From Heteronotia binoei (taxonomy: Eukaryota), in NCBI RefSeq assembly GCF_032191835.1, contig NC_083237.1, positions 10,788,001 through 10,852,000 on the forward strand: a stretch of DNA of 64,000 nucleotides, in the 5' to 3' direction. Both the position numbers and the translations under genes were made by a program. Under the pieces are notes generated by a model. That model was not told where the DNA came from. It was given only the letters and a program-made list of their open reading frames with translations, and did no database searches. Below, one piece after another: positions 23,922 to 34,809 of this stretch. Each line of letters starts with the position of its first letter. Positions within the stretch are counted from its first letter, which is position 1.

Positions 23922-25689
23922 CTGATAGCAAAATTTCCCCACAGATACCCCTCCTCCTGGTCTCATCCTCAGTACTGGCTCAACCCAAAGAGTATCTCGG
24001 CTTAATTAATACCCTTTGGACAAAGAAGCACGTCCACCTTCCTTGCAGCATCAACTGGATACCAGAGGCCACCTGAGTCTGCCAAAGCTTTGGTTTCTCT
24101 TCCACCTTATCAAAGCAAAATTGGAGAATTCAAACTAACAGAGCCCTGCCCCTGCTGAGCCTTTTCTCCAGCTGTTAATGGTGAAGGAGTTTTTAAACAT
24201 CACAGTCTTGCTGGATTACTGCTTATTTTCCTATTCTTTAGAAAATCCTCAGCTGTGGCTGCAGGAACAAATTACAGTGATTTAGATCATTCAAAGGGGA
24301 ATAATTGCCATGGTGAGCTTTAAGGTCTGAGAGGTGCCACAACTTGGTTTAATTGATTGTTCCAGATATGGCCCCAAGTTTCTTGTGCTTCCTCAGCCGG
24401 ACATATGATTATCTTCTGTGACTTGGGAAATGTCATGAAGAATTTTTTTTTTTGGGGGGGGGATATTGTGGAGGCCAGGGTTTGAGTAGCAGAAGGAACT
24501 CAGCAAGGATATGAAGCCATTATATCTACCCTCTAAATATACTATTTTCTCTAGGGAAACAGTCTGGATAACAGCTACAAGTCAGGGAGAACTTCACCAC
24601 ATGTGTGGATCTTGTCAACCCCAATGGAGCAATGAGTGGGAGATGGTTTTGTGATATCTATGGTGACCAAACACCACCCAGAAAGTTAAGCTCCAATACC
24701 ATCTTTTACAGGTGTTCCAGTTTAATGTGCATTCTACCAGAGAAGCTCCAATCCTCAGCAGCTTAAAACAAAACAATACAGTAGGCCGTTTTTAAACTGA
24801 GTTGACACTTTCACTTATTCCATGCGTACGTCCATTCCGGAATAAGAATATGAAGGGGTCTTGAAAGATACTCTAAATTATATCTTAAATAACTTCCTCA
24901 AATCAAGATATTAAAAAATAGACATATTTCATATTCACTCATACTTTGATTGGGAGATGTACTTTTGAATTAATTTGGGGGGGGGTATTTTTTTCAAGAT
25001 CAGCTTCTTGATTGGTCTCAAAACAGCAACATATTTAGACTCTTGCAGACAGTTGCATGGAGGGGACATCTCATGAACTCTCTGTGTTTGATTCACTCAG
25101 TATTTCCTGAGCATTCTTTCAAAACTAACTCTAGTTTCCTGCTGTGTATCATCCATCCATCCAAAACATTTTTATACTGCTTTTCCACCTGATCAGGGTC
25201 TCCAGACAAGCAAACATTAAAAAAGAACTATTAATAATGCATTTTAAACGATTGACTATTTAATAAAATCACATAAACAACACCAGAATTAGGAAGGAGA
25301 GCTAATAACCATTATTGATAGTACACGAAACAAACTAGAAAAGTCTTTATCTGCTTGTGAAAAACACTGATAGAGGAATACAGGTGAATTCTCCAGGGGA
25401 CAGCATTCCAAAGTTGTTGTATCATGACCAAGAAAGCCCATCCAGTCTTCATTAACCCCCACACCGATTGCATGCCTAAATCCAGTCAGATATTTCTCTC
25501 CCCAAGCAGAGAGAGGGAACAATCCATACCTATTTTATGAGCAGGTTAATGGATTTGAATTTTGGCATTCTGACTTAGTTTAATTCCTGGGTTTAGGATT
25601 TAGAAAATAATATTTAAGCTTTATTGCTGGAATGACCAGGTTTTGCTAGCATGTGATTGTTCTGCAACTTTTCTCGACGCAGGCAATTT

Positions 25690-26646
25690 TTAGAAACGGA
25701 TTTTAGGAAAACTCAGAGATTTCTTTTGTAAGGATTTCCGCAATGCTTCTTTGACTTCATTGTTTCGGATGGTGTATATGAAGGGGTTGAGCACAGGGGT
25801 GACCACAGTGTTGAGCATGGAAACAGCTTTGTTGAGGCTGAAAGATGAGTGTTTGGCACTAGGTCTTAAGTAGATAAAAAGAACTGCCCCATACAAAATG
25901 CTGACCACAGTCAGATGAGAGGCACAGGTGGAGAAGGCCCTCTGCTGACCACTGCTAGAAGGGATGCGGAGAATGGTGGCGATGATGAAGACATAAGACA
26001 CCACGGTCAATAGCAGAGAGCCCAGTATCACAGCCACAGCAATGAAGAAACCAATCGCTTCGATCAGATGTGTGTCGCCACCTGCAATCTTCAACACGGG
26101 TCCTATGTCACAGTAGAAATGGTGGACAACGTTGGAGCCACAGTAGGGAAGCCTCACCACTAATATTGTCTGTAAAAGAATGGTGACAAAGCCCCCAAGC
26201 CAGGTGGCCAGTGCAAGCTGAAGGCAGACCCTGGAGGTCATGATGCTGGAATATCTCAGTGGCTGGCATATCGCTACATACCTGTCAAAGGACATGGCAG
26301 TCAGGATGTAAAATTCTGTGATGCCAAAGAGAAAGTGGAAGTAAGACTGTGCCATGCAGCAGTAGAAGCAGATGGTAGTCTTTTCTGAAACCAGGTTGGC
26401 CAGCATCTTGGGGACAACGGCAGTGGTGTACCACATCTCGAGGAATGAGAGGTTGCTAAGGAAGAAATACATTGGTTTCTGGAGCCGGTGGTCAATTCTC
26501 ACCATGACAATGATTAAGCCATTCCCTGCAATTGACAGCGTGTACAGCAGGAGGACAATGACAAATAAAATTATATTTATTCCCCACACATGAGGGAATC
26601 CAAGAAGTATGAATTCTTTCACGCTTGAACAATTAGTCAAATCCAT
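25690..26646 (-). CDS. Olfactory receptor (class II, OR6-like), 318 aa
   Basis: MDLTNCS N-glycosylation site, LQKPMYFFLSNLSFLEMWYTT, PKML, MSFDRYVAICQPLRY, HFYCD, RAFSTCASHL, PVLNPFIYTIRN. The in-frame 24-codon extension to 26718 looks like an intronic polypyrimidine tract. Confidence 0.95.
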   Translation of the reverse strand: MDLTNCSSVKEFILLGFPHVWGINIILFVIVLLLYTLSIAGNGLIIVMVRIDHRLQKPMYFFLSNLSFLEMWYTTAVVPKMLANLVSEKTTICFYCCMAQSYFHFLFGITEFYILTAMSFDRYVAICQPLRYSSIMTSRVCLQLALATWLGGFVTILLQTILVVRLPYCGSNVVHHFYCDIGPVLKIAGGDTHLIEAIGFFIAVAVILGSLLLTVVSYVFIIATILRIPSSSGQQRAFSTCASHLTVVSILYGAVLFIYLRPSAKHSSFSLNKAVSMLNTVVTPVLNPFIYTIRNNEVKEALRKSLQKKSLSFPKIRF

Positions 26647-29474
26647 AACTTGGAGACTGCCAGATGAGAGGGGGGAAAAAATTAGAAGTTTATATGACAC
26701 TGCTGATGGATAATGCATATATTCAGTTCTGTATTATTCCCTTTAAAAAGTTGTAGGGGGGAGTCTTCTTATAGCATTTATATTTCTACTCTGAAGACGG
26801 GAAAACCAAGTGGGGGTGATTTCTGCAATTTTGACTATCCCATAGGCAAAATGTGAACGGCATCAATTTCCAAGTCACTGGCTGCAATTCTATATACTCT
26901 TAGTTGGGAGCAAGTCCTGTTGAAGGCAGTGTGAATTATTTCTTAGTAGCTTTGCTCAGAATCACTCTGCTTTTGTATTTACAAGCAATGGCAGATTCAT
27001 AAATGCTGTAGCAGTCTCTACAAGCTGAGTTTAATCAATCTAATTCATTTACTATGATTCAAGACCAGTCAGTTCATACCCAAGTATAAATGCATGAATG
27101 GACTGGCAGTATAGGACAGAAGAATATAGGACAATGGACGAAAGTATAGATGCATGCAATGAGAAAATCAGAGAAAGACTGGTGACAAAAATGTAGACGG
27201 ACAAGAGGGGAATATACAAATTGATAGATATGCTAGTTGAACAATTAAAAATGCATGCATACAATGGACAAGAAAATAAAGAAATGAGTGAAGGGATAGA
27301 GTGATAAGGCAGGGCAAAAGAAATCATCAAGTAAATAAAAGAAAGAAATGCACGTTGTAAAAACAATGCACAATACACTATACATCATACATCTACTTTC
27401 ATATTTAGATGGACAGGCAGGAAGACAGGTATTTCCAAAGATAGATATCTCTAAAAATAACACAGCAGCTGTGCCACATTCATTTCTGGGCATCTGATTT
27501 GATTGGGGAAATGATATGAAATGACAGCAAGTTTGTTCTTCATTCCAATGAAATTATACGATACAAGACAACAAGATTCCTATAAAATTCTATGAAACAA
27601 TACAACAAGATTGATATTCCTTCTTATGAAATGTTCATGGCTGGAAAAAAATGATGTTATGTTTCAAGTGTACAAATGGTATGAACCTTCAGGCCCCCTT
27701 GTGTTCTAATTGATAGAACACCTAGAAATATCTAACTGATATTTTCTTCCTTAGTCCTGGAACCATCAGTCCTGTTGGGGAGCCTCCTGTTTCCCCATGA
27801 AAATCCAACAGTTTTCAGTCTCATTTCTCATCAATATCTCTCTAATTCCACTTCTTAGAAAGAGTTCTTCTTCCTTAAACTAACCAAGTGAATGATAACT
27901 TGTCGTAATGTTCATTCATCCAGACAAACTTAGCTTAGAAATTTGTGCTCCTCTTTCATACAAAGAAGGTCTTCCAGAATTAAGTGGAGATGTGCAACAT
28001 ACTAGAGAACTGATTTATCTGCCATTTCTTTTGACTGCATTATTCAAAGTAATTGTTTCAATTTATGAAACATTAATTAAGGAGTAATCTAGATAACATC
28101 TACAGAACTAGAGGGATCTTCTCTCCGAGGACTTCCCATTTGTAACATCCCCAAGCCATGTCAGGAAACAAACTATTTTTAATTATGCTAATTCAAAAGT
28201 TTGCACTTCTGTTGGAGGAGGATGTTCATGGCATTTGATGGAGATTGAGATGAAGGGAGGGACTGCGGCTCAGTGGCAGAGCACCTGCTCGGCATGCAGA
28301 AGGCCCCAGGTTCAATCTACTGCATCTCCAGTTAAAAGATGTGGCAGTAGGTTCTTATGTAGTTGCTGTGATCAAATCTTGGGCTGCCTGCAGTTCCTTC
28401 CTGCTTGCCTTCATGTTGTTCTTACCATATAGACCAGAAGGTGGCAGGCACCCAGCTGTGTTGACAGATGTTATAGTAAATACAACTGGAACTGGTGTGA
28501 AGAGAAGCAATATAAGATAACCACCAGAAGCAATAAAACTTTCACGCCAAGCATGTAAATATGTGTTTTTAATGAAATTAAACAAAAACAGAACAAAGGA
28601 ACACTGAACATTCTTGAAATTTTTCCCACAAAGTCTCTCAACAGTCACAAAGAATGATAGCCTCTTCAAACAGGATTAAATGAAGATGTGGGTGAAGTAT
28701 TTAATTTCTTAGTGTTTCACTCATGATGGTGTGGAGAGAATAAGGAACCGCTTTTAAAAGGACTCCTCACGGTTTCAATAGTTAGTTCTTCCTCAGCCTC
28801 TTTCTCCCGATGCTACATGGAGCCACAGCTCTACTCTTTACAGCATGGATCCACACATGCTCTAATTTGCTGCTGCCAACTCAAATTGAGAAAATGACTG
28901 GAAATCTAAGCCTTATGGTCATTTTACTAGAAGGGAAATGGTGCAAGTGGAGCAGAAACAGAAGAATTGGCACTTGTTTTCTGTTACATCAGAAATCAAT
29001 CTTCAGCTAGTATGAAGAGCCTGGCATGGTGCTAAAAAAGGAGAAGGAAACATAAAAAACCTATTTCAGTAAGTTCCCCAACTAACTTGCCCAACCTACA
29101 CAAATGGAGAAGGAAGTAAGAGTCGAAAAGACTTTTGTAGAAAAAGTAAAGAACACAAGAGTATTTATGATAGTATGTAAAATTAAGCACATATAATGCA
29201 GAACATATAAAATTGGAACCACAAAGGCCCATGCAATTCTGCAATGAGATTTTTGCTCACATACTGGTGAGTGTATCCCCCCCTACACACACACACACCC
29301 TTGAGCATCAACACCTGTGATTCTGCTTTTGTGGACTTTGAGATTTCGTGTGCTAGTTGACTGGTGGGAAGGGGTACCTGAAATGTTCTTCATGTGCAAA
29401 TGGGACAATTTTGATCATATTCAATCTTAAGTATGTTTAAGTTTTGATTAAACATTCGTAGTTATGGGCTAAGG

Positions 29475-30452
29475 CAGGGGTGTCAAACATGTGACCCAGG
29501 GGCCGAATCTAGGGTTGCTCGACAGGGACTTTCAAGCACGCTCAAAGCATGTGCATGATGCAATGACATCACCCGGAATTGACGTCATTGCTCCAGCGAC
29601 ATCGCTTGTGGCTGCTCTAAGTGTTGCCAAGTCCCCATTGTACCATAGAGTTTCCCCTCCCAAATGGCTAGAGCATCCAGGAAAACCACAGAGTTTTCCT
29701 GGAAAAACCTAGAGTGGCCATTGCAATTATGTCACTTCCAGGTGATGCCATCGCACCGACGACATTGAGGGAGGTTCCCCCCACTGACCCAATGTGACCC
29801 AGCGGGTTGGGAAGCTCCCAGGCAGGAGAAACCACGCCTGGACTGGGGACTTGGAAGCCCTAGCCGAATCAGGTCCCCAGAGGGCTCCTATCAGGCTCCC
29901 GAGCAACTGACTGTCATCTGCTTCCTTCTCCCTCTCTCTTGCTTCCTTCAGCATCACAGCTTGCTCTGTCAGCTTTGCTCAATCACACAGGAGCTACAGA
30001 GCAAAACCTCTTTTTTTTCCATTGGCTGAGGCTCCTCCCTTGGAGAGGAAGGGGGGGAGGCAGAGCTTGCTTCGTCAGGCTCTCTCAGTTGCACAGCAGA
30101 GCTACTGAGTCAAGCCTCTCTTTCTTCTATTGCTGAAGTTCCTTTCCCTCCTGATCCCCTGGGGAATGAAGGAAAGTGCCAAGGCTTCCTTTGCCCAGTT
30201 CCCTGTATCTCATGTTTTAAGGTGGGTTTAAAAAATAAAAAAAAAGCATGTTTTTAACTTTTTTTTTTTTTTAAATAATCAATTGTGTTTGTTTGTGTCT
30301 TTTATAAAGTTTATATCTCCGCTACCTAATCTTAAATAGGTACACACGTGGCCTGGCTCAACATGGCTTGGCCCAATCTGACATGCTCCAGCCCGACAAG
30401 GTCTCATTTATGTCAGATCCGACCCTCATAACAAATGAGTTTGATACTCCTG
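29475..30452. mobile_element. Non-autonomous hAT DNA transposon
   Basis: CAGGGGTGTCAAAC...GTTTGATACTCCTG terminal inverted repeats; 8-bp TSD GGCTAAGG. Confidence 0.88.
29510..29862. mobile_element. Second hAT-type MITE nested in the 29475-30452 element
   Basis: TAGGGTTG...CCCTA ends; 8-bp TSD GCCGAATC at 29502-29509 and 29863-29870. Confidence 0.82.
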
Positions 30453-32759
30453 GGCTAAGGTGATTCAATGTAGTATGTTCCTCACATGACATGAGGCTTT
30501 TTCTTATGAGAAATCAAAAGACATTTCCTTGGAGAATAAATCCCACAGCTTCTGTATAAAGTAAACAGATGACTTCTTGTTTGCTGTGTATCATTTGGAA
30601 GCAAAGGACTGACATCATGCAGAGAGAAGAAAGTCAGTGAAGGTAAGGCATTCCTCTAAAATATGGCATGTCCTCCAACTATGCTTTTGCCTCTCTGCAG
30701 GGCTCCTTTGAATAATTCAGCAGCCTGAGTCTCTAGACCATGTTTTGATAGAAGGACAATGGGTAACCAAGATGGATCAAGACGAATATGATAAACCAAA
30801 TGGACACGTGGGGAGATATTGGGAGTCCCTGAAAGAAGTAGCTCAAATTTAATTTTACGGGAATGAAATTCTAACATTTTACATTTAAAATGACAGGAAT
30901 TAATTGTTATTGAACTGTGACTTGAATATATTAAAATAGTTTCCATGGGCAATCATGTCCCATGATTATCAAACTGGTAAATTCTCTCTGGTGGGGGAGA
31001 CAACTAGGCTTGCAATCTTTCAGGTAGGGTCTAGAGTTCTTCCAGAATCACAACTCATCTTCAAACCGCATATCAATTCCCCTGGAGGAAACAGCAGCTT
31101 CAGAGGGTAGAATCTATGGATTCACATTCACATTCTGTGGGCAATCACCTTCCATGCAGAGCAGCTAGATTTATGTCCAGTAGGGTCTTAGAGACCAACA
31201 AAAATTTCAGGGTATCAGCTTTTGAGAGCTCCAAGGAGATTGGACACTTGAAAGTGTATACTCCAAAAAAATCTTGTTGGTTTCTAAGGTCCTACCGGAC
31301 ATGAATCTATCTTTTGAAAATATTTTTTTTAAAAAAAAAAAAAAATCAATTCAGAATTCCACTCAGCTTAAAATTTCACTCCTGGCCACTTTGGAAGATA
31401 CTCTCAGAAGCAACATCTGGATTTATTTTTGAACTTCCACCATCTCCTTTTGGTACATTGATCTATAGTCACTTTCAGCCTTGACTGTTTCCTAAGACAT
31501 AATGTCAACCCTCTTGTTTTGGTTGACTTTGCTTCCCCGGTTCAGTTGCCTTGGACTGAAAGACACATCTTAAAGCTGATGGATGCTGAAATGTTTTCAG
31601 TATCTTAAAATCATACTTCTTTTAATGCTCCAGTTCTTCTCCTTTCACCTTGTCTGTTACTACTGACCAAGAAGGAAGAAAAGATGATGCCAAGAAAGTG
31701 AACTTTTCTTGAAGAATCAATCTACTTAACTATCCTCATACAGCTTTCCCATCTGTTGCTTTCTATTTTGATACCATATTTATTTCTAATTTATATCCCA
31801 CCTTCCCCCCCCCCCCTAATGCTGGCCCAATGCGGCTCATATCATTGTCCTCTCCTCCATTTTTCTTCACAAGAACCCTTTGAGGTAGGTTGGACTGAGA
31901 GTATGAGATGGGCTAGGACCGCACAGTAAGCTGCCATGGACCGAGTGAGGATTCAAACCTGTCTTAGATGTCTGGCACTCTTTACCATTACACTACATTG
32001 GCCCTCAATCCCTTCTGTCAAAACAGTTTTCCTTGACCATCCAAATTCTGTCCCTCCAGTTGACCATCTGTGTGCATCTCTTTCCACCCTCTTATCTGTG
32101 TCTCTTTTCACCTCCAAGAAATGTGTCGGCCAAGGTGCAGCTCTCTTATTTAACCATATCAACTCTTCATTCTTCTTTAAGCTTTATTCATTTCTCTCTC
32201 CCTTTCCTCCATTCCATTCCTTTCTAAGATCACACAGTCCTTTTTCTTCTGTTTGTCTTAATTATCTAAATGCATGAAGTGAGCTATGTCAAGGATAAAG
32301 CTGGACAACCACATGTGGCATTGCCTCAGTCGCCAATTAATGTGGCGTTACATCATTCTCCAAGCATAGATTGGTATGCCTTGGTGTTTCTGTACACAGA
32401 CAATTCTTGAAATCACATAGATTATTTTTGGTTTAGTGATTACAATCACAGTTCAGAGTTCCAGCCTTGGAATTATTGAGTGAGCAGTCTTTGGAAAATA
32501 AGTTCCCCCTTTCTCAAATGGGGAAACAAATTGTATGCAACATGCTATCAAGTCACTTCTGATGTATACAAAGCCTATGAATCAATGACCTCTAAAATGT
32601 CCTATAATTAGTAACCTTGCTCAACTCTCAAGCAGGAGGAGGTAACTTGCATAAGAATTGTTTGCATCCTGCTCTGAACTTTTAGACTGTATTAGAATAT
32701 ATAAATAATTTATCTTTTTTTTCTTCTTCTTACAGCCCTATGGGAAAAAAAAAACAGTT

Positions 32760-33710
32760 ATGGATTTAGTCAATTGTTCAAGGGTGGAAAAATTCATACT
32801 TCTTGGTTTCCCACATGTTTGGGGAATCAATGTCAGTTTCTTTGTGGTCGTCCTCCTATTATACATGTTGTCCATCGCAGGGAATGGTCTCATCATACTC
32901 ATTGTGAGAATCAACAGCCACCTCCAGAAGCCAATGTATTTCTTCCTTAGCAACCTCTCTTTCCTTGAGATGTGGTATACCACCACTGTTGTGCCCAAAA
33001 TGTTGGCCAATCTCCTCTTCGCGAGGACAACAATATGCTTCTACTGCTGCATGGCGCAGCTCTACTTCCACTTCCTCTTTGGCGTGACAGAGTTTTTCAT
33101 CCTGACTGTCATGTCTTTTGACAGGTACTTGGCAATCTGCAATCCACTGAGATATACTACCATCATGACTTCCAGTGTTTGCCTTCAGCTTGCACTGGCT
33201 GCCTGGTTTGGGGGCTTTTTCTCCATCCTTTTTCAAATAACAATGGTTGTAAAGCTTCCCTTCTGTGGTTCCAATATTGTCAATCATTTTTACTGTGACA
33301 TAGGACCGCTGTTGTCTATTTCGGGTGGGGACACACGTTTGATTGAAGCCTTTAATTTCCTGATTGCTGTGGCTGTAATTGTGACATCTCTGCTTCTGAC
33401 CGTCATCTCTTACATCTTCATTATCTCCACCATTCTCCGCATCCCTTCAACTAGGGGGCAGAAAAAGGCCTTCTCCACCTGTGCCTCTCACCTGGCTGTG
33501 GTTAGCATCTTGTATGGGGCAGTCCTTTTTGTTTACTTAAGACCAAGTGCTGCGAAGTCATCGGTCAGTCACAACAAAGACATCTCTGTGCTCAACATTG
33601 TGGTCACCCCAGTGCTCAACCCTTTCATATACACCATCAGGAACAATGAAGTCAAAGCAGCTTTAGGGAAACTCTTCCAAAGGAAGGCCTTGACTTTGGG
33701 GATTAAATGA
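32760..33710 (+). CDS. Olfactory receptor (OR6-like), 316 aa
   Basis: All OR motifs present (LQKPMYFFLSNLS, MSFDRYLAICNPLRY, KAFSTCASHL, PVLNPFIYTIRN). Close paralogue of the 25690-26646 OR. Confidence 0.95.
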   Translation: MDLVNCSRVEKFILLGFPHVWGINVSFFVVVLLLYMLSIAGNGLIILIVRINSHLQKPMYFFLSNLSFLEMWYTTTVVPKMLANLLFARTTICFYCCMAQLYFHFLFGVTEFFILTVMSFDRYLAICNPLRYTTIMTSSVCLQLALAAWFGGFFSILFQITMVVKLPFCGSNIVNHFYCDIGPLLSISGGDTRLIEAFNFLIAVAVIVTSLLLTVISYIFIISTILRIPSTRGQKKAFSTCASHLAVVSILYGAVLFVYLRPSAAKSSVSHNKDISVLNIVVTPVLNPFIYTIRNNEVKAALGKLFQRKALTLGIK

Positions 33711-34519
33711 CCATTAGTTTACACTGCCAGCATCTGCAGAGCCACATCATATTGGCTCAGTCTGATTTCTCAAACTATAAAGCTGTCACACTTTTGCCAG
33801 CTTTAAATTCAGTATAAGACCTCATTTGGAATGGCAGGATGTGAAACCACATTCCTATTGATAAGGGGCATAGACCAATCTATTCACCTGTGCATACAGA
33901 AGAAAACAGTTCTTATTGCATTCAGAATTATTCATGCCATGGAGATGCTTATTTGAGATCTAAGGATCATGATAATTTCAGGTTTTTCCTTTTATATAAT
34001 ATTGTATTATATTGGGGTTTTGAAAAATTGGGACAAAGAAGTGTGGTACTCTCCAGTGGAACATGAGGGAGGGGTGGACCCTGAGAAATGGCAGGACAAA
34101 TTTACTGTAACCTGTTGAATGGTTAGATGGAAGTATAGTAGCATTTAGAAACCAACAAGATTTTGGGGTATAAGCTTCCAAGAATCAAAGCTCCCTTGTT
34201 GATTTCTAAGGTGCTAACTGGACTCAAAACTAGTTATTCTACTGAAAAACAACATGGCTACCCTTTGAAACTTTAGAATGGGGAGAGCTGGGGCAGGAAA
34301 CAATGAGGGGCTGACATGAGAAGGAATCATATTACACCTTCCACCTAGTGTTTCCTCTAAGCTGAGTTAGCTCACAGCTTTTTAGCCTCTGGCTCACACA
34401 TTTTTGTCTTAGCTCAGGAAAAATGGCCCTAGAACAAGCTAATTTCTGCAGTAGCTCACAACTTTAATGCCAGTAGCTCACAAAGTAGAATTTTTGCTCA
34501 CAAGACTCCACAGCTTAGA

Positions 34520-34797
34520 AGAAGAAGATATTAGATTTATATCCCGCCCTCCACTCTGAAGAGTCTCAGAGCAGCTCACAATCTCCTTTATCTTCCTCCC
34601 CCACAACAGACACCCTGTGCGGTGGGTGGGGCTGGAGAGAGCTCTCACAGCAGCTGCCCTTTTAAGGACAACCTCTGCCAGAGCTATGGCTGACCCAAGG
34701 CCATGCTAGCAGGTGCAAGTGGAGGAGTGGGGAATCAAACCCGGTTCTTCCAGATAAGAGTCCACACACTTAACCACTACACCAAACTGGCTCTCCC
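34520..34797 (-). mobile_element. Squam3-like SINE, full length, at the truncation point of the DIRS-like element
   Basis: Reverse complement of the 3143-3420 family. Confidence 0.78.
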
Positions 34798-34809
34798 AAG
34801 AAGTGCACT

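Larger units (their letters stand above)
20668..25123. repeat. Segmental duplication copy B
   Basis: Direct-repeat partner of 2396-9369. It lacks about 310 bp (equivalent to about 3297-3610) and lacks the L1-like insertion. Confidence 0.93.

Noticed and set aside
26647-26718. 342-aa OR starting at 26718
   Set aside because: The extra 24 codons overlap a polypyrimidine tract and AG. The paralogues start at the equivalent of MDLTNCS.
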